12,469 nucleotides of DNA. Source: Azolla caroliniana (taxonomy: Eukaryota > Plantae > Polypodiophyta). Made by a program: the position numbers and the translations under genes. The DNA lies in contig JBHGNT010001061.1 of assembly GCA_043228905.1 (NCBI GenBank), forward strand, positions 1-12,469, given 5' to 3'. The notes under the pieces are model-generated. The model saw only the letters and a list, made by a program, of their open reading frames with translations. It was not told the origin of the DNA and made no database searches. Position 1 is the stretch's first letter. Each line of letters begins with the position of its first letter. Positions 7,505-12,469 of the stretch are shown piece by piece.

Positions 7505-9850
7505 CCCACGGACCCGATTCCGGAGAACTCGGCATTCGGGCCCGTATGCCCCTGTAAGACTGAGGAGATGGATGGCGGTACCGAGGAGTCCTGGCACGAT
7601 GCCAGCGAAGACGGATGGGAAACGGCCTGTGAGGAGGCCGAGGACGGACGTGGCACGAGGAGATCGGCATTCCGATGCGGATGGAGCAGAATCTGGTCGT
7701 GGATCATTCGATCGGCGCCGGATTCGGCATGAAAGTGCCTATATGGAAGGGGGTGCGGGACGAGCTGCCCTCTTTTACATGGGGAGAAAGACCGACCGGG
7801 CGAAGGTCGAGAGTTGGAAGGAAGGTGATCAAAGGTTCGGAACGAGTCTGGCAAGATCGGCATCGGAGCCGAAACTCCGGACATTGGAGAATCAAGCTCA
7901 GGCGGGGCTTGATTGATCACAGAGCAGATGTTATCCACCGAGACCACTAAAAGGGGCGGTGGCCCGGACAAGTTGCAAAAAGACGTTGCGAAATCGGTTA
8001 CGCCACATCTTATCCGGAGACTTCGGCAGTTCAGCCGACGTGGCAACGTGAGACCGAAGAGATGGAGGATGGAGGCAAGTACGCGAGAAGGAGAGAAGCG
8101 ACGAGTTCGTGAGAAGTACAAGGGATGAAGAGGAGAACGAAGTCCGGTCCTACGAGATCCCCACACCAGTCCGGAGGCCCAACAGTTCGGCCAACGTGGC
8201 AACGTGAGACCTAGGGAGAAGGCTGGTGGCGACAGGAGAACGGGACCCGGCAATACGGAGAAGGAGGAACGGACCCGGACGAGAACCGGGCAGAGCGAAC
8301 TCCCGGATGACCATTCCGGGAGGGAGGAAAAGAGCCGGCCTACGAAGAGGCCGAGGAGACGGTACGTGGGTACCACGGGAGAGGGTGCGGAGTAAACCGC
8401 CCTCTTGGCATGCAGAAAAGGACGGCCCGGGACAGGGTCAGGAAGACAAATCGGAGGCCCAAGGAGGATCCTTCACACCGGTTCTAGAGACTTCGGCAGT
8501 CGGCAACGCAGTCGACGTAAGACCAGGATACTGACAGTGGCGGCGAGGTGACGAAGGCAAAAGGGCTACGGATGGGCGGTCTACGGAGATCCTCACACCG
8601 ATCCGGCGGTCAGCCCAAGAGCCGGCGTGAGTCCTATAGGGAAGATCGGTGGCGGTAGGAGAACGTGATCAGACGACAGGAGACGACGAACGGCAAGGAG
8701 GTATCAGGCCGGCGAGGCGGCCGCTAACCAAATCGAACCTTCCGGCAAGGTCAGTGGGCGTAAGGAAGTCCGGTCCTACGGGATCCCCACACTTAACCAG
8801 AGACTCCGGCAGTTCGGCCAACGTGGCAACATGAGACCGAGAGAGAAGGTTGGTGGCGGCGGGAAATGGGACCCGACTACGTGGAAGACACGAGGAGAGT
8901 CGTGAAGGACTCCTACAAAAGACACCCAGATCTCGGCAAGCGATGAAACAAAGACAGGTCCTATGGGACCCTCACACCGATCCGGAGACTCCGGCAGTTC
9001 GGCCAACATGGCAACGTGAGACCTAGGGAGAAGGACGGTGGCGGCAGGGAACGAGACCCAATGACACGAGGTAGCGGATCGAGAGCCAGTAAGACGGGGC
9101 GGACAAAGTGCGAAACCCTCACCGGCCGGTTACGGTTTCAGAAGTAGCTGGTAGGGGCAAACACAAGGAGGTGTGTTGGGCCGGAAAAGCACACCTGGGA
9201 CGGAACAAGAGTCTCACAAGTGGCCATCGCGGACCGGATCGAAGCGTGACTGCGGGACGGTGTTCGGCGCGGGCGGAAGACGGCACAAGGGAGGTGCCGG
9301 GAACGAGGTGACGGGTGCCTAGTGGACTGCACAGGGTCGGAGTCAGGGGATGGCAAGAGAGGCCGGAGGAGGATCCTCCACACTCACTTCGTAGATCTCG
9401 GTAGCTCCGTCAAAGTAGCGAAGACTGACACGGTAAGCCCGGGGATGACAAGCTGGTGGGGGCGAGGGGACGACGGCAAGCGGAAGACTCAGGACCTGTT
9501 GCAGCAGCACGAAGACGGGAAGGGTGAAGCAGGCTACCACGGGGTGTTACTCAGGTGCAGAGGACACCAGTATGCAGGTGAGTGGCGATGCACGATCTGG
9601 CCGGGAAACGGGCCGAGAAGGCGTGCAATGAACCGGAGTACGGCACAGCCAGTGCCAAACAACGGACGAGTGAATGTGGGACACGAAGGTGCCGGAGCGG
9701 AAAGGCGAGCACGGAGATGGGTTGCGCGGTTCGGAGGTGGTACGTAGAAGGCCGAGAAGGATCCTCCACACCATTCCGGAGACCGTGGCGGTTCGAGCCG
9801 ACGCGACGATGTAAGACCATGGAGAAGGAAGGTGGCGGCGAGAGGACGAA
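7380..9850 (+). repeat. Dispersed degenerate ~100-bp repeat family in the internal region
   Basis: Core CCGGAGACTYCGGCAGTTCGGCCAACGTGGCAACGTGAGACC, with clear copies at 8014, 8171, 8797 and 8982, and weaker copies at 8484, 8603, 9776, about 9368, 7391 and 7520. Usually preceded by GATCCYCACAC and followed by GAAGGNNGGTGGCG. Confidence 0.85.
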
Positions 9851-10166
9851 GGAAATGCGAAACAACATGGGACGGCAATCAGGACTACGGGCATGCCTCA
9901 AGCGGAGGACATCAGGCATACGACGGGAGCGGGGCGTTCATACGGCCGAACAAGGGCTAGTGGAAGTACGCGTACTATGGAGATCGCGGCAGAGGACCCA
10001 TCGACGGGACGAACGAGCTACGGGGAGGTAAGCGCGAAGGGAGAATCGAAGCCGATGGGTCAAACCGGCAACGAGCCGGGATGCGGATCACGGAAGACCG
10101 ATTTCTCGCCGGCCGAAATCTCTCACCCTTCAACCAGATTTAGCACGTACCGGTGGACGTGCAGTT

Positions 10167-10179
10167 AGGTGGGGGCGGA
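10167..10179 (+). promoter_or_regulatory. Polypurine tract
   Basis: AGGTGGGGGCGGA directly before the 3' LTR TG at 10180, preceded by a GCACGT..ACGTGC stem. Confidence 0.85.
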
Positions 10180-10718
10180 TGTCGTGACGAATTTCGGCCA
10201 GGGGCGGAAACCGGGAAACATTGGCTACATCGGCGGGGTGCAGCGTGTGTACGCACCCATGTACATTTAGTGTGAATAATGAGGGCGCCTTTATGGCGCC
10301 GAAGAGTAGTCAAGTCGGGACAGACGATCCCATGTAAGTCAAGATCTATCCCACATTGTAACGCATCCCTCTCCTTGTTCTATAAAAGGAAGGGAACGCC
10401 CTTTGTGAAAGGGTTGCCCATTTTGCATTAGAGGGTATGCCGTTAGGTTTAGAGTTAGGTTCTTCTTCTTCTCCTTCTGCGTGTTTTGCTTAGGGTTTGC
10501 TTTGGTTCGGCCTCCTGTGCAAGACCCCGCTCGGCGCGACGAGCTGAGAGCTCCCCGACGGCGGCTTGACAGCAGATGACTACTGTAACCTACCTCAGTC
10601 GGTGTGTTTCTGGGATGCCCCAGAAACAGTGAAGCACGACTTCCTATGCTCCATCACTCTCTAGTCCAAGACCCCCGTGGTCCCGCCTTTCTCCACGCAC
10701 GCGCGTAACAACGCGACA
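10180..10718 (+). repeat. 3' LTR (539 bp)
   Basis: TGTCGTGACG...CGCGACA. Lacks 5916-6137 of the 5' LTR and has 14 extra nt at 10237-10250. Confidence 0.96.
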
Positions 10719-10722
10719 ACGT
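10719..10722. repeat. Right target-site duplication, ACGT
   Basis: ACGT immediately follows the terminal CA. Confidence 0.88.
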
Positions 10723-11048
10723 AACGAAATCAAAGTCACCAACGGGGATGTCAACAATAAAAATTTGTTGAAAAAAGGATGGTGACAATGCCATTCTCAC
10801 AAAAATGTGAGGAAGGCCACCAAGATCGTTTCCCCGAAAAGGAAAACATTCGATATTGAAATCACGTAATAACTTATATACACATATGTATATTATCACA
10901 TATATACGATCAAATACGTATACACGTGACCACATATGCATATATAAAAGAAATCATAATATAAAATAGCCAAAAATGATGTAATCGAGATACGTAATCA
11001 AGGCATATACCCTCTACACACACGAAACATCTAAAAATAAGGGTTAAT

Positions 11049-11260
11049 CGTAATACGCAATTGAGGTATTGACCTCATACGCATACGACACCAAACGCAT
11101 ATCATTTACATACAAATCAAGGTAATGACCTCATACGCAAATGTAACATATGTTTGTGAACGTAATACGTAATTGAGGTATTAACCTCATACGCATACAA
11201 CATTAATCACATATTAAATATATGTCAAATGAGGTATTGACCTCGTGCACATATGTAAAC
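11049..11260. repeat. Degenerate 56-bp periodic repeat with palindromic core TGAGGT-N4-ACCTCA
   Basis: Cores start at 11062, 11118, 11174 and 11230, an exact 56-bp spacing. Confidence 0.85.
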
Positions 11261-11491
11261 GTTTTATATAACCAATTAATTACCACTACAACATCATTGA
11301 ATTAATGAAAAAAAAATACATATAACGACCATATACATGATTAGAAGGGAGAAGAAAAAATAGAAAAAAAAAACAAAAAAGATTACCGAAGTTCCTTTGT
11401 TGATCGTTGTATGGATCAAGGCCGATCGCACATCGATCGATCACCATCAATCAAGAAGACAAAAGACAAGAAAAGAAACATTAGAACATGA

Positions 11492-11503
11492 GCTCTAATA
11501 CCA
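11492..11503 (-). promoter_or_regulatory. Primer-binding site, initiator tRNA-Met type
   Basis: Minus strand TGGTATTAGAGC (one C>T from TGGTATCAGAGC), 2 nt from the inferred LTR end. Confidence 0.8.
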
Positions 11504-11505
11504 AC

Positions 11506-11964
11506 TATTAGAGATATGATCTAATGTAAGCATATGATAAGGAGAAAAGATAGATAGATAGATAGATAGAAAGGAGAGAGAGAAAGAAGGGTGTCAATCC
11601 ACCTGACCACCCCCGAGCGAAGGGATCGAGATGGACTCGAGCCTCGATCGGTGTCCCATACCACTGTCGTGGATCGAGTCATACCTGGTGCTGGTGCGCT
11701 CGCTACAACAATTTAACCACCACAAAACAGAGTCTCGACGTTGTCAAAAGATGATGAAATGAGGGTAGCTAGGCCTCTTATTTATAGCGATACCCAAGGC
11801 CCCCAGGCAAGTTCACACTTGGCCTAATGGTTTGTCTTAATCCCGAGGATTAAAAGTAATCCTCCCTTTCTTTACACTCTCATTTAACCTGCACACTTAT
11901 CTAGGTGTATAGAATACTACGGTAAATTCTCACCACGGGATATTATATGGTCATGCCCGTAACA
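11506..11964 (-). repeat. 5' LTR of the minus-strand element (about 459 bp)
   Basis: The minus strand starts TGTTACGGG at 11964 and ends ...CTAATA (probably a mutated CTAACA) at 11506. TATAAATA at 11779-11786 (minus); (GATA)5 at 11549-11568. Confidence 0.68.
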
Positions 11965-12371
11965 GTCGAAGCGCGCGGAATCGAATGGGTCGAGGAGCGC
12001 GAGCGAGGCGTGAAGCCAGGAGAGGTTGGAGCGAAGATCCGGAAAAGCAGATGGAACCTCAAGTTGAGCTTGAGGGTGAATGTTGAGAGACAAGCTCAAC
12101 ATTGGGTGTGTAACCCAGTGCGTAGACTGGGTGCGTAAAACCGTACGCACAATATGGTTGTAGCGGTGTGTAAACCGAGAGGCTGTTAGAATGTTATTCC
12201 TCGAAAGGAATAATTTTTGGGAGTAAGTGTAGGATGCTCATTTATGAGCGATCAAGTAGTGTAAGTACTTGTGTCAGCCCAATAGTCATGGCTTGTATAA
12301 AAGGCTCATTGAGCACGAAGTATGTACAAAGAACATACAGAGAATTATTTTTTAATATAGTTTCATTTTTT

Positions 12372-12429
<58 letters not shown>

Positions 12430-12469
12430 CCTGTCCTTCTCTGTGATTTCTGCGTTTTACCGAACTGTT
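11965..12469 (+). mobile_element. 3' UTR, PPT and start of the 3' LTR of another plus-strand LTR element (copia-like junction)
   Basis: Purine-rich stretch ending CTTGAGGGTGAA|TGTTGAG (PPT about 12072-12080, LTR from 12081). TATAAAA at 12296-12302 is followed by a CT microsatellite. The LTR end was not identified in the window. Confidence 0.6.
12373..12426. repeat. (CT)27 microsatellite
   Basis: Perfect CT run read directly from the sequence. Confidence 0.97.

Larger units (their letters stand above)
5509..10718 (+). mobile_element. Complete non-autonomous gag-only LTR retrotransposon (TR-GAG-like, Ty3/gypsy-related), 5,210 bp
   Basis: Two direct LTRs (TGTCGTG...CGCGACA), PBS, PPT, 4-bp TSD and one gag-like ORF. 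I recognise no PR, RT, RH or IN motif in the internal ORFs. Confidence 0.93.
3911..11964 (-). mobile_element. Truncated minus-strand Ty3/gypsy element (LTR, PBS, long leader, gag), interrupted by the 5509-10718 insertion
   Basis: LTR 11506-11964, PBS 11492-11503 and gag 3911-4593 are co-oriented. The TSD shows that the two flanks of the insert were contiguous. Linking this gag to this LTR is an inference. Confidence 0.6.

Noticed and set aside
7243-8376. 377-aa antisense ORF as an extra retrotransposon gene
   Set aside because: S/P/L/R-rich translation with no recognisable domain. The GC-rich, T-poor plus strand and internal repeats readily give long open frames. Only conservation across copies would revive it.
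7572-10168. Many short overlapping ORFs as pol or env remnants
   Set aside because: No D(S/T)G protease context, YxDD/FxDD, HHCC or DDE integrase motif, or transmembrane segment was recognised.
5504-10723. Canonical 5-bp TSD
   Set aside because: The 5-mers are TACGT and ACGTA and do not match as direct repeats. Only the 4-mer ACGT is duplicated, given the TG..CA ends.
11049-11260. CRISPR array (regularly spaced palindromic repeats)
   Set aside because: The repeats are degenerate, the 'spacers' resemble each other in alternation, there are no cas genes, and the context is a eukaryotic retroelement leader.
12234-12446. ORF with a poly-(LS) tail, and similar ORFs at 5792-6174
   Set aside because: Microsatellite translation artefacts inside LTRs.

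Overview
Eukaryotic, plant-like DNA made up almost entirely of nested LTR retrotransposons; I see no host gene, RNA gene or prokaryotic system. From left to right: (1) a partial minus-strand LTR (1-573) that interrupts (2) the 5' part of a minus-strand Ty1/copia (Tnt1/Tork-like) element with gag-protease, tRNA-Met PBS and a 683-bp LTR carrying 54-bp tandem repeats. That element interrupts (3) a decayed plus-strand Ty3/gypsy RT-RNaseH with an FLDD catalytic motif, which is fused directly to (4) a decayed minus-strand Ty3/gypsy gag whose probable PBS and 5' LTR lie at 11492-11964. Inside the leader of (4) sits (5) the most notable element: a structurally complete 5,210-bp gag-only LTR element (5509-10718) with TG..CA LTRs, an 18-nt tRNA-Trp PBS, a PPT and a 4-bp ACGT target duplication at the centre of a palindrome. 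It has no pol, and its interior is GC-rich and built from degenerate repeats. The window ends in (6) the 3' end and LTR of another plus-strand element. Family and lineage calls come from motifs recognised from memory, not from database searches.
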